Shown here: piece after piece, positions 11,701-22,100 of the stretch
Layout: the number at the start of each line of letters is the position of its first letter
How positions within the stretch are numbered: position 1 is the stretch's first letter
Assembly (NCBI GenBank): GCA_040954595.2
Contig: CM082586.2
Span: 8,525,337-8,589,336, forward strand
From: Balanoglossus misakiensis
Taxonomy: Eukaryota; Animalia; Hemichordata
DNA length: 64,000 bases
Direction: 5' to 3'
Translations under genes and position numbers: made by a program
Notes under the pieces: generated by a model
What the model was told of the DNA's origin: nothing
The model's database searches: none
Seen by the model: the letters and a program-made list of their open reading frames with translations, nothing else

Positions 11701-14700
11701 CGTTCGTTTTCATCGCGATCAGTGATATTGCAGAGGTAGGTCTTTGAAAGCGGGTGGTGTTTTTGTTTCAATTACACTGGCATTTTGAATAACGCTGACA
11801 GGTGTCTGGATACGTCAATCAAAGCAAATCTAACGGTGTGACAGTGAACTGAAGCGATATTTAAATAGTGATCCCATGCTACTTTTTTCAGAAAGGGGGT
11901 CTCAGATATTGCATTCTCGCGAATCAGAGTCATGTTGCCGTAATATAAAGAGGTCGTGGTTGACAACTTGTATTTCTCATGTTCACATGTGAGTTTTATT
12001 TTATTTTCTGACACGAGTTGGCAGAAAAACGTTGCATTTCGCAGTCCGTTTTCGTGTCCATAATGTTAAAACTATCTGTATATGCATATGTAGACCTACA
12101 TAATCATTGACTGTAAAGGCGAACATGGTATCAGAGCCGCCCACGGTTTTATTTTAGCTATGACAAGTTTTCTGCATCATTATTTGAAATGAGTTCTCCC
12201 CACATACCAAAATACACGTACTACTTTTTTCTGTCGTTTTCTAGCCTGGCCAGTGGTTCTATGAGATTATACGTAATATTTCTGGTGATCCAGAAACGGT
12301 GGAAATATCTGCACAGTCTACAGCCAGAGAAAACACTCAACCGATACGAGTTACGATGACCACAAGCGATTCCTTTGACGCAGAAATACCACCAACAACC
12401 AGTGTGTTTGTTCAGGTTTTGCATGGATTTTCTCCAATAGTAAACGCCCGCGTCATGGCAACTATAGAAAGACCAATTCCACACCTGCCGATAGATTTTC
12501 AACTCTTCGACAATGGAGCAGGTTAGGGCTTTTTTTCTTTCTTTTTTTCGAAATTCGCGACATCTTTTCATGTAACTTTATGTATATGAGTACTGGCGAG
12601 GTTACCCTATGTGATCTTTACATGCTGGCATTTTGTTGGCTGGTATGAATTTTGCTTTTCTGGTTTAAATTCTCGACCGATGGTGTTTAAACAGTCGACC
12701 ATTGCATATGCACTAAGATGACCGATCCTAGAACAAAATGTTTGATTATTGTCTGATACAAAGTGATGCGAACAAGCACTGCCATATCAATGGTTTTCTT
12801 TTTTTAAATGTGACATCTAATTTTCATTCTCTAGGAGTTGATATCATCAAAGATGATGGGACATATTCTCGTGTGTTTCATGACTTTGTCAACGCGTCAT
12901 GTCCAAACTGTTATTACAATGTCAAAGTAACGGTGGAAAACGCGAACGACAGCGCTGAAATTGCCCTGCCTACAAGAGGTGCCATGATTATTCGGCAACG
13001 TGAGTAAACTTTAAGTTGGCTGGTGACTTGCCGTCAATTCTTGCTCGGATTTGTTATAAAGTAATTATGCTGGGTAGAATTGTTTTCATAACAGTATTTG
13101 CTTGTCATCTTCCTCACCCCGGGTTCTATATGACCAGCCCCTCGGCTCTTACCATGAGAAAAACAATAATAGAAAATAAGTAAATACACATAGCATTATT
13201 TCAGGATAACCAGCATAAGAAAAAATGACATTGAGACAAATTAATGTTTATTATCAATGTGGAGAAGTTATTAGATAAAGTTTTCGATTAATGTACGTGA
13301 GACAGAAATTGTCATGGAAGGAGAGTTATGCTCATACTGATAAAAATCAGTGTTACATGGTTTTTAATTTTAGGCTCTTGGCAGTAGGTTAGCCTTTTTA
13401 TCGAGACGTGTTCCCCGTAGTAAGTGTCACGATAAGACAAACCCTCATATCCAAACGTGTATGAAACTGGATAAAAAAGGTTAATCTTTAAATAATCACG
13501 GATATCGGGATATGCTATGAATTTTATCTATTAAATTATATTGCCTAATAGTATAAGAAGATAACACTTATTTATGATAAACTGGCGAATCTAAAATAAT
13601 TCTATAACAAAATTGCGCGAGTTACAAATTGCGGCGAAAAGGTTATTTATTTTCGTGAATAACTGAACCCAAAGCTATAGAACATTATGTAAAAATCAAC
13701 TGTCCTGAACTTCCTATTTAACGTTTGTACTTTCTGCTCTGTTTCGCTGACAGCCGATCCTGTTTACAAAACGTCCAACCAGACGGAGAAGGTTGGTCAG
13801 TTTAATAGGGTGGTCGACGGTGTTGTCATCCAGGGACCCCAGACGATAAGCTTAATACCCGGCGACTTTTTTCCGCCATCACGAATCACGGACCTGAGAG
13901 TGGTCAACACGTCAAACGACGACCAGACCGTCACTTTGGCGTGGACGGCGCCAGGCAATGACCTCGATCGAGGCACAGGTATGAATACATTCTAAAATGC
14001 CCGTTTAATTTTACAATGCTCTGTCACAGTGACAGCTGGATTGAAGCGACCTGATTAATACTAGATGTAGAATTGGTTCGATCGGTCGAAGTTTGTATTT
14101 GCTGGTCCTCTATCTGCTGGTGTAGCGGATCTCCAGTTGGTCCCGCAGTAACCAACCACGGAACGATTCAACACAACGAAACACCAAAGAGTCGGGAAAT
14201 TTAAATATTAGGCCATCTCTACATCTGATCTTAATCGGACTGGCACAAACAAGTGATATTTAGGTTACTTTTAAATTTATCTCAGATCAAAATATATCCA
14301 ACTATATGTAAAAAAAATATTGGAAATAATATACGGAAATAGTTTTGTCCTTTAAATACCAGGGGTGAGAGAAAATGGGTTTTCAAACTTCTAGCCGCTG
14401 TTAGTGTGCAGGATCGACAGTGTGGGATAAAATGAGTGTTGGATGAAACGTCTACCAATATCTGCTGCACCTATACGTTTGCTGTTTGTGTTGTCGGTTC
14501 TATCACGGTCCCTGGTGATTTGAATAAAGCTTGAATTGTTCTCTGCATTCTCGATGCAACTCTTGCAGCGGCTGAATATGAACTCCGATTCGCCACGAAC
14601 TTCAGCATGTTTGTCGAAGATTTCGCCGCTGGCACAGAATTGTCCAACAACAGCATAACCGTCGGAGACCTATCATCGCCCAGTCCATTCGGTGAAACCG

Positions 14701-15284
14701 AAGAGGTTACGGTTCAGGTGCTGAACGACTTTGGGGGAAATAAATACTTCTTTGCTGTTCAAGCACGGGATGAAGCCGGCAATGTAGGAACGTCATCCAA
14801 CATTGTGACTGCGGCCATTGAAGAACACACGGCCACTACAATGTCCCTGTCCACGGTGGTTACCACATCCGAAGTGCCGTCGACCGCTGTGCCAACCACG
14901 TCTATGGTCCCGTCGACTGCTGTGCCAACCACGTCTATGGTCCCGTCGACTGCTGTGCCAACCACGTCTATGGTCCCGTCGACTGCTGTGACAATCACGT
15001 CTAAAGTCCCGTCGACCGCTGTGACAATCACATCCGATGCCCTGCATGCATCCGTGACTACCGTAACAGAAAACCCACCCACCGTCGGACATGTCTCCGG
15101 GCAAGTTCCAAAGAAGTGGAGCAACTCCATGTACTTGTTGATTGGGTGTTTGGCGGTAGCAGCGATCTTCGTCTTGGGGCTTCTTTGCATGGTTGTCGTC
15201 AAACGGAGTGCCTCGAAGGACAGCACCTACCGAGGAAATGACGTGGAGATGGACGGCAACCCGAATTTCGAATCTGACGAGTAG
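568..15284 (+). CDS. CLCA: Calcium-activated chloride channel regulator (CLCA) family protein, 5'-partial, 10 exons in window, membrane-anchored
   Basis: Phase-compatible exons: 568-862, 1015-1283, 8901-9158, 9829-10047, 10448-10732, 11514-11735, 12245-12521, 12835-12999, 13754-13978, 14569-15284 (TAG). Motifs: HEWGHLRWGLFDEYP (CLCA HExxH zinc metalloprotease), VFVLDISGSM (VWA MIDAS), LFDNGAGVDIIKDDGTYSR, PPSRITDL...LAWTAPGNDLDRG (FN3), then a Thr/Ser stalk, TM helix and short tail. Confidence 0.93.
1513..1706. repeat. Compound (ATG)n/(GTG)n microsatellite abutting the 3' end of the retrotransposon
   Basis: ATG run, GTG run, ATG, GTG run, ATG run, TTG ATG ATG TTG, ATG run. Confidence 0.97.
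1824..2000. repeat. ~25-nt tandem array (CAGGGTTGACGGCAGAGATGTA-like, ~7 copies) in the retrotransposon 3' UTR
   Basis: YAGGGTTG cores at 1824, 1857, 1882, 1913, 1938, 1963 and a degenerate one at ~1988. Confidence 0.85.
2195..6121 (-). CDS. Tx1-like ORF2: apurinic-like endonuclease + reverse transcriptase + C-terminal zinc-binding domain (1308 aa)
   Basis: APE motifs TWNING, FLQETH, NVYAPN, GGDFN, SRIDTFY, SDHS. RT motifs KTPGIDGLP, NWRPVSLL, DQEKAFDRV, GIRQGCSLS, YADD. C-terminal CVFC..HIFLEC. Confidence 0.96.
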   Translation of the reverse strand: MVSMDVLLIISCLLMINISTATWNINGGHDSLKRYDVLSTLKLINRSDFYFLQETHSTPNDEAQWQIVWRAPIYFSHGSSNSAGVAIMLSQNKKVDIISSQSVVHGHLLHLRVKIDDNYVNLINVYAPNNGGDRFSFFKKLEKLLSEISVDDTVIIGGDFNCTLKPQLDRTSTVEPHLKSSRLLASIMHKSKLSDAWRYFHNNARNYTWQRGDNKSRIDTFYVNNWLTSKITSAAIDSSVNVSDHSIVSINISVKNSRSKNPVWCLNSSLLNEEDYCTLIRQFWEKWQKEKFRFKSLQSWWDIGKHKIKELSKQYSHERTNNYKRMKQDIVNEIEQIERIIDKQPNLNARYQQQKELLDNLIKTETRGAAIRSRHQLLNEADANTHFFYSLEKHRGVRKNITQLRLHDQTLTENQAEIRNMVRDFYQKLYTPDPTSYNDQETILKDLPQLNPENVELCDDTISFEELTNALKYVSTNKTPGIDGLPVEFYKTFWSSLGRDLHEMLNASIKEGFLPTSCRRAVISLIPKPGDNTLLKNWRPVSLLCSDYKIFTKALSIRLRGVLHNVIHLDQSYTIPGRQIFDNIHLIRDCINYHNEFNLPLGILSVDQEKAFDRVHHNYLLRALKAFGFGETFIKYIDLLYTNTESVIRVNSALTGPVQFQRGIRQGCSLSGQLYAICIEPLLHKIRSETNILGITIPKSNDRKCKLSAYADDISFLITKNSDFSKMRQWLCSYENASNAHINYGKSEGLWVGRWRGRTDHPLGIKWNSRGLKILGIYLGNTDEFFQQNWDDCVRKINNKLSWWSRFVKAMSYRGRVIVINHLAATKLFHRLVCLSPPPDIISYIQNTFLDFFWQGRHWLPAHLLYARIESGGQNLVCLPVRINAFRLQRLQRFLHSSLDHPSFSFLEYYFKTVHALDYGAQLLAIEIPSIPGTLPLFYRDLLKTWNSIKRLRKDHPTAICDILNEPLFYNDLVQLSVGHETTIVQNLVDAGITKVADLINIDRKMWHTADYFKDKVQFHSMRIFIRTLQTIHSSLPINWIKEIRKFFKGISDTRSNEYSYLFELVYSKPDVLLNCPLYKSEKGEIYKFLINVSMCNNLPNRQDTVWRDVLSLPDSIKPDFKLCYTRLIPKSHGDLQWRILHGAYATGTFMFSCNYAPTPNCVFCQTKDDLLHIFLECIRLNPLFKIIRTLCQRILGTVCKIPYWWFILGPVCNKDVTKHISPLLMFLFVTAKLSIHITRHIALTEGISNQSFSLVDLFKVRVRSRLINEFTYYRNCSKTDVFINMWCINNALASVHEGNLNIATILS
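6121..7686 (-). CDS. Tx1-like ORF1 (gag-like nucleic-acid-binding protein with CCHC knuckle); first ATG at 7686
   Basis: IIAASRMNRSVVVFL, LILSNVPPFIPNE and LKHVKSFRRQI motifs typical of Tx1 ORF1/ZCCHC3-like proteins; CFLCGAKGHIRKSC = CX2CX4HX4C. Its stop overlaps the ORF2 ATG (TAATG). Confidence 0.9.
   Translation of the reverse strand: MAAHADSPFRRLTRKHAIRCTNVQDLPVESYVEEIAKEIGSENIIAASRMNRSVVVFLASLEHVESIVESRLSVKGEMVDVEHMVKPASKLILSNVPPFIPNEYLEEELWKLGRVVGNMRPIPLGCKNPALKHVKSFRRQIHVLLHNENIDGLINVKYEDRLYPIYITIDEMRCFLCGAKGHIRKSCPLTREVVSTWQARTENSDNGITVGVNNSVNDLAQKRNDNEMQTEVNSDNDITVGVNKSVNDLAQKRNDNEMQTEGVNDVIMPEKINNNSSERADDKTMNNTSVNMVEGADDVIAKEKPSSNGSTSGVTTEEKTNKDTETRPFNVGDIDEDRVLPPSSFPSTPSVLSSLSLPSSSDPSSSLSLDFPETPFSGVNFHKSRKESVPPDSQITVSTPISTSNSFDILSQCSESDADCISVTSELPDNISMTSDTSDISELSERREVQATNLIAFLEEIKGSKNMIEQCYEYCSDIRLLIKSFNKLRKTTLVDNKQKVRIQRLMAKLFTHVRTKGNTPK
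6908..7082. repeat. 90-bp tandem duplication within ORF1 (30 aa)
   Basis: NSDN[G/D]ITVGVN[N/K]SVNDLAQKRNDNEMQTE occurs twice. Confidence 0.9.
7896..8717. repeat. ~820-bp compound (ATG)n/(GTG)n microsatellite with higher-order periodicity
   Basis: Recurring interruptions: TTG-ATG-ATG-TTG four times and GTG-CCG-GTG...GTA three times. Confidence 0.97.
14874..15036 (+). repeat. 33-bp coding tandem repeat (VPSTAVPTTSM x ~5) forming a mucin-like stalk of CLCA
   Basis: gtcccgtcgactgctgtgccaaccacgtctatg units. Confidence 0.9.
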
Positions 15285-16196
15285 AAGTTTCAATTGATTG
15301 TGATTCCGCAGTCAATAATTTGAAATGGCTGCATATAAGTTGATGGCAGTCATAACGGTCAATCAATCCCAAACAAAACATTATATTTTGAACATTTCCT
15401 CATTTTTGTGATAAAAAGTCGGTTTAGTCACACTGCACTTTCCAAGATAACGTAGATACTATTGAATATATTTTTTTCATTCCGCACCTTTTCTATAGAA
15501 TTTGTCATATTATATATATATCATCATATATTATTAATGCTGCCATTTTGTTTATGCACGAGTTTGCCAGTTTAAGTTCAAACTCTGAAAGTTTGAATTT
15601 TGTCTTTTACGGAAGAGGGATTGGTTTAATGATGTACAGTACGGCGGCGATCAAAAAATATAGGTAGGGAGGGGGGGTCGGAGCTATTCAAGGGTGGGAC
15701 TTGGAAATTTTGAGGGTGGGAGAGGGGGGACTTGAAAATTACAGTGGGATATCGGGGGGGATCTGAAAATAGTTTTTACTTTTACACATCGAAGTACCCA
15801 AACTACATATTTTAAGTATCCAATGGGAATACGCAAAGGCACACAATCTTCACAAAAGAGGGAAAGTTAGAATACTGTAAGTGTGTGTATGCTTGTATGT
15901 TGGCAGTTGATGAATCAATGAGCCGATGAATAAATACATCACACTTTGAAGAATATTTTCTCTGTAGTATCTAAAGTTGCGAGGTCAAGTGATTTATAGA
16001 ATGTTGATACATTTTGTCCTGAAGTGAATTTCAATCTTGGCTAAAATTCAGTTGTGGATAAACAATAAACTAATTACACATATGGATATTTCCACAAACT
16101 GAGTAATTTAAAGAGTTGTCTGGTAAACGATTAAACAATTGTTAATGCTTAAGGATGACGCTTGAGACAAGATATGCCGTTGAAAGTAATGGGGAA

Positions 16197-16770
16197 TGTA
16201 GGTATGACAAGCGGGCGTCATAGCCCATCCTGCCTCATGATGAAACTCTCCGACTTAGAGTAGCATCATGAAGTAGTGGCGTGGTACCCGAGTATACCCG
16301 CCGAGCGCAGATGCCCCACAAGTGGCGTCATGGCAACCAAGACTTCATGGAGGGAGACATGGTCGATATGACTCGCTTTAGGTCGCTGCTACTCGAGTGG
16401 GGACAGGTGTGCTCTGGTCGGCGATTCCCCCAAATAAAAGAACGTGGGCGACTTGGCAATGAGGCAAGTGCACACAGGCGGGAAGTGGCGTAGCTAGACG
16501 AGACAAACGAAGCAAGCAAGCAAACAAACAAAAATAAAAAGGCAGAAGTAGAACGAGAACGATGCATGCAAAAGTAGGACGCAGGAGACAAAAATGCGAC
16601 GAGGGGAAGGTAGGCCTAGGTATGACAAGCGGGCGTCATAGCCCCTCCTCCTCACGACGAAACTCTCCCCGACTTTAGAGTTAGCATCATGAGAAGATAT
16701 GGCGTGGTACCCGAGGATACCGTCGAAAGGGAAAGTAGGTATGACAAGCGGGCGTCATAGCCCCTCCTCC
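16197..16770. repeat. Unclassified direct repeat (~105-bp unit twice plus a partial third copy) with internal hairpins
   Basis: TAGGTATGACAAGCGGGCGTCATAGCCC at ~16199, ~16617 and ~16736. Confidence 0.8.
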
Positions 16771-16882
16771 CTTATTTAATATTAAAATTTCGTCAAAGCA
16801 GCTTTGAAATGGTTCAACTTTAAAATTTCTTAAATATTCTTCCGTGCGATCGTCAAGGCAGCTTAAAAATGGGTCGACTTTA

Positions 16883-17966
16883 GGGACCATTCAGTTTTTA
16901 CGGCCGGGGGGGGGGGGGGTCGGCAAAATCCAGGGGGGGGGGGGTACTTAAATTTTGAAGTCCAAAAGGGGGGTCATCTGGTTTTTTTAAACGTTTAGGG
17001 GGGTCACATACTTTTGCCACCGAACTTTTGCTTTTGAATCCACAAAATTGCAGTTTCGCGCCCTTTATTTTACAAAATTTTCTTATGTGCGAGGGGGACA
17101 CCCCCTCCCATACCCACCCCTTCATTCTCCACATTTAATTTTTTGCTGGTTTGTCTAGTGTACCAGGGCAGAGTGCTTGCCACCCCAACCCCACCGATTA
17201 TAATATTTAACAAAGTAAATACATAAAGGAGAATTATCGTTTAAACCATTTCGCATAACTGTTTCGCGCTGCATCTTCTATATACCAGAAGTTTTATAAA
17301 TGATGTTATGACGAAGATGACGCCAAATCTTCTAACTTTGAGTGGAGTGGCAAAAAGTAAAATTGGTCCTCCCAAACATTGAGATAATTTGCTTTTGAGT
17401 TCATTAAAATGCAACTTTGTGCTACATATTTTACAAAATTTTCTTATGTGGGAGGGGGACACCCACACCCACCCCTCCATTCTTCACCACATTGCATTTA
17501 TTCGCTGGTTTGTCTAGTGTACCAGGGCAGACTTCTTGCCACCCCACCCCGATGCTTACTTTGAGTGGAGTGGCAAAATTTAAATTTGTCCTCCCTAACA
17601 TTGAGTTAATTTGCTTTTGAGTTCATTAAAATGCAACTTTGAGCACCGTATTTTACAAAATTTTCTTATGTGGGAGGGGGACACCCCCTCCCACGCCCAA
17701 CCCCGACACTTTTCTTGTTTTACCATTCTAGCAACTATTGTATTGACTTGTCATTTTAATTTGTTCATAGATTTCTTTATTGCAACGATATACTATTATA
17801 TACTTCAATTAGGTGTGAGGAGCCTCATGCCGGCAAATGTTTTCGGCGTGGGGGGGGGGGGGGGTCATCATTTTTTGGTCCTGGGAGAAGGGGGGTCGGC
17901 CTGATTTTGAAAACCGGTGACACAAACTTGCCGCCCCCCCCCCTGCCGTAAAAACTGAACGGTCCC
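16883..17966. mobile_element. Non-autonomous PIF/Harbinger-type DNA transposon (~1.08 kb)
   Basis: TIRs GGGACCATTCAGTTTTTACGGC..G-run / C-run..GCCGTAAAAACTGAACGGTCCC; TTA on both flanks; three internal copies of ATTTTACAAAATTTTCTTATGTG.GAGGGGGACACCCC. Confidence 0.8.
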
Positions 17967-18001
17967 TTAAACATTTCTTCAATCAATCAATCAATCGTCA
18001 G

Positions 18002-18092
18002 CATGATCACATAACACCTATTCTGATGACGTTTCACTGGCTCCAAGTAATGAATAGGGCCAAGTTCAAGATTTTACTTCTCACTTTTACCT
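18002..18092 (+). pseudogene. L2/CR1-group LINE ORF2 C-terminal relic
   Basis: Translates HDHITPILMTFHWLQVMNRAKFKILLLTF, matching the HITPxLxxLHWLP..RIxFKILLL motif. Confidence 0.75.
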
Positions 18093-18374
18093 GATAACCT
18101 GGCACAACACCTAACTTCATTTGTAGATCTCTTCGTTCACAAGTCCCCCTCCACCACCCTCACAATTTTCAAGCCCTCCCTTGAATACCTCTGACCTCCT
18201 AACCCATGCATTGTTTGTGATCTGCACCATCTTAGTAAGCAGTACCGTGTATGAAAATGCTAATAGTTGGCACACCATGAGAGAGTTGTCATTAGTGTTC
18301 ATGATATATGAAAATGAGTTCTTTATAATGCACTGGTGATGTTGAACATTACATCGAGACTGGAGACACAATTC

Positions 18375-18760
18375 TTATTTTATTTATTTATTTTATTTAC
18401 ACTTTTAATGAGTGTACGATTTACCCATTGAGTAATATTCATCGGGGCACATTAAAAACAAGAGAATACATTGAGGAATGAAAAATACCCCTAAGTCATG
18501 AGTCAATTACGGAGGAACATTGTTCTAAATCTAAATATGCTCTGTTATCAGAGTTTAAAAATTATTCAAATTATTTGCATATTTTACACTAGGTGGTAAG
18601 CAATTCCAAACATTCGTTGCCCTGTAATGAAAGGTTCTTGTACCAGCATTAGTGTAGCATCTTGGAGGATTATAGATTAAGGTGGGAATGGAACGCGTAA
18701 CATACGTATTCATATGACATTGAAATGTGAACGAATTCTGAGTGCTGTTATGGACCACCA
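18375..18760 (-). mobile_element. 3'-end relic of a CR1/L2-group LINE
   Basis: RTFHYRATNVWNCLPPSVKYANNLNNF resembles the ORF2 terminal motif; it is followed by a 3' UTR and an (AAAT)n tail at 18375-18398. Confidence 0.65.
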
Positions 18761-18894
18761 ACTGGTATGTAGAGAACCACTCTATAATCTAATCAATTTT
18801 AATAAAAGATAATGTCACAGAAATCTTAGTACTAGAAGTACTTTCACATTGACATGATATGCCATAGACAAAGTTTTACCAGCATATACATGGC

Positions 18895-19066
18895 TAGACT
18901 CTCTCACAGCCCCTCTAGCCATCCATTCAGGCTTATAGTCTGATTGCATGCGTGCCAGGCGAGAGGTTCGCTACACAACACCATATGGGGCTTCTCCTTT
19001 GCTAAACGGTTGAGGGCGCTTCAGTGAAGAGCCTTGTAGTGAACCATGGGCTGTGAGAGAGTCTCA
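18895..19066. mobile_element. Small TIR element with a TAG terminus
   Basis: TAGACTCTCTCACAGCCC ... GGGCTGTGAGAGAGTCT inverted repeats. Confidence 0.55.
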
Positions 19067-19134
19067 CTTTCCTACGGTACCTATTTGAAATATTTCTCCA
19101 CATTTTCCATAAACATATGCTCAATTAAGCATTT

Positions 19135-22100
19135 TCAGTCTTTTTCACCATTCATGGCACTGTCCAGATTATGCCTCCATGATGGTTTTCTTTTCTGCAA
19201 GAAAGCATTAATGCCTTCCTGGCCATCCTGAAGAGATAAGTTGAATACCATCACTTCACTGGTTTTCCTGCAAGAAAAAAATCATACCAAAAGAATTATT
19301 ATTTTTGTTTTTTTAAGTCCCAAGTAATACTTATCAATTTCCATTAACCTTAAATTACAAGTGTGTAATTTTGTGTTTAAAGGACCAAAGTCTCTCTCTC
19401 GCTGCCCTTTTTCCATTATGTATGTTTGATACAAGACAATGTTTATGTTATTCTACATGTGGATATATAGTGAATCAAATTCATTTTGGCAAGTTTTTCA
19501 CTCTCGTGTCTACAAGTGGGATGGGAGTTGTGTGTGGTTGAACGTTGATTCACTATATATCCATGCCACATGTAGAATAACATAAACAGTGTCTTGTATC
19601 GAATATAATTAATGGAAAAAGGGCAGCGAGAGAGAGACTTTGTCCCTTTAAAGCATTTTGACTTAGAAAGAAGACTACTGATTCAGTACAACTTTAAAAT
19701 TTGTTCTTTTCAGTTCAACCATCATTTCTGTATACATGTATTAAGAGTAACGTAACCCTCTTTGCTATATGGACTGGAGGCCTTTGAATGCAAATAAATG
19801 TGCAATACTATCCTGGCTCAAAGAGAACAAATACGATGACACACGCTTCCATGGCAACCATTTTGGGGCTGAAATTATGCATTTCTAAAACTCCGTAGTA
19901 AGTTTATCATTCATGTCATCAAAAATATGGGATCATCCTTATTTGGGGCATAAAGACAGATGCCTCATTTCTACTGTGGTATCAAGCTCAGACCTTACCT
20001 ATAAGCCGAATTTAAATCTTTCGTTATTTGATGATAATATGCTGCTTTGCCAAGCCCTACCACAGATCTACTGGCTTGACATATCTTCTCTGCTACAGCC
20101 ATTGTCTGGTGACAAAAAAGTACATTTGAAGAAGTCAGTATGAGAAAAAAACTCCTCAGAGTGGTTGCAGTTCAGTGGCTCGACGTTTTGCCTATTGATT
20201 TTGTGTCGGAAAAATAACAAGTGCTATCAGGCCGGGCCAATCCTATGTTCACTGCACAGGTCGCTGTTCGCGTGCATTGGTAGGTCTGTTTTCAATACAG
20301 AGTCGCAAGACAGCAATGGCATCCACGTCAAGTGTTATTGACGCTTCACTGACAAATGTCGCACAGCTCAAGCACAAATGATCATTGAAAAAGGTCGGCC
20401 GAGATCAGCACTTGCTACAAACAGTACAGCTAAATCTAGCGGTGTGACAAGCAATACCAGTGACTATAAACCATCTTTAAAACAAAGTTTAAGGTCAGAG
20501 ATAGGGTCGTGCATTTTTTTCTGAATCAAAGCGCATTGGACATACTGTTAAACGGGTAATTTTTGCGAGCAATAAATTTTTCGCGAAATACACGAGAGCC
20601 CCCAAAACGTGAAAATAAAAGGTCACGTAAAATGTTTAGAAATTCGAGAACGTGAAAAATAATCTTCGCGTAACAGTTGCCTCTTTTGATATCGCGAAAA
20701 ATTTCCTGTCGCAAAAATAACCCGTTTTACAGTACACTGTGTGTTTGTTTACATGATGGAAATATGCATAAACCACTAAGAAATGTTTCTTACCTCTGCT
20801 TCCACTTTGTCATCTGCCACTACTTTACTCAACAAACCATGTTGTAAGGCAGCTGAAAAATATATAATTCAGATCTTGATATAAACAGTATTGATTAATA
20901 TGTAACAGGTTTGACCAGAGTGCGAACGCAGCAAGAGTAACTTGCAAGAGTAACTTGTACCATGCTATCATGTAATGATGTATATTCACACTCCACTGTC
21001 TAGGTGCATGCTTCGTCAACTTGTTCTTGATCAACTGTAGGCTTTGCAATACTTTGTCAAAAACATTCCGTATCAGTGATTTTTTTATTGGTATGTGTTG
21101 ATTATCTATCCATTTATTGGTGGGTTGCATTCTCACAAGGTCAGTGCTGTCTATGTGCTACTGTCTATGGTGCAACATTTAGGCTCAAAAAAAAGAAAAG
21201 TTGTCGTTGGTGGCGTAATTCAAAATGGCGATGCCCATTCAGCTGCTTGAAAGGGGTCCAAAAATGGCACTAAATATCTCCTTCCAACTTAATTTTCCAC
21301 CGCCTTTGATGGTCTTGTGGTCAATGTGCATTTCTGACTAGGATTTGTGATGAATAACAACATTGGTTTCACGTAATAAAGAGATCAAAATTAATGGATG
21401 TGCCCATAGAAACTACTTTTCAAACTTGTAGGAATAGTATAGAGATACATTCTATATCCCATACTCCCCATGGACCACTTCGCGGATAGAATAACGCAGG
21501 GGGTTGTGGGACAGTTTGCGTTCTGAGCGCGTGTGTTAGCCATGTACTAGACGCTATGTTGAACGCAAATTATACCATCATGCATTGCAGATACCCTATC
21601 CGCGAAGTGGTCTATTCTCTGTATGTACAAAACATATACGCATTATCTAAAGTGCTTTCTTGTGAAAATAACTTCTGTAATGTACAGATCATGAGCAGAG
21701 GTCCTGGAGTTCAAACAGAGTATTAAATGCAAAAACAAAAATGATAGGCTTTTCAGAAAATCATCATCTGCAAAATTCCCTTGGGAAAAGAAAGTAAACC
21801 CAACAAGCTCACAATGTATCAGCTGGATAAGAGATCAGTTTGTGGCATGAAGTCTACGGAATATGGGTTTCGTCAAAAATTGACATGTATTCAATGATCT
21901 ATATACCTTGAGCCGATATTGGTTCTCCAGTGAGTAGCATCTCCATTGCAACTTTATGAGGGACACTTCTGGCAACAGCCACAGCAGGGGTTGAACAAAA
22001 TAAACCAATTTTGATGCTGAAAATATACAGCATTGTGCGTAAAATTTGTGATTTCGCTTCACTGAATATGAGAATTGTATACATTTGTTTTTTGTTGAAG

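Noticed and set aside
14759-15293. Antisense repetitive ORFs (155 and 166 aa)
   Set aside because: Reverse frames of the CLCA 33-bp repeat exon.
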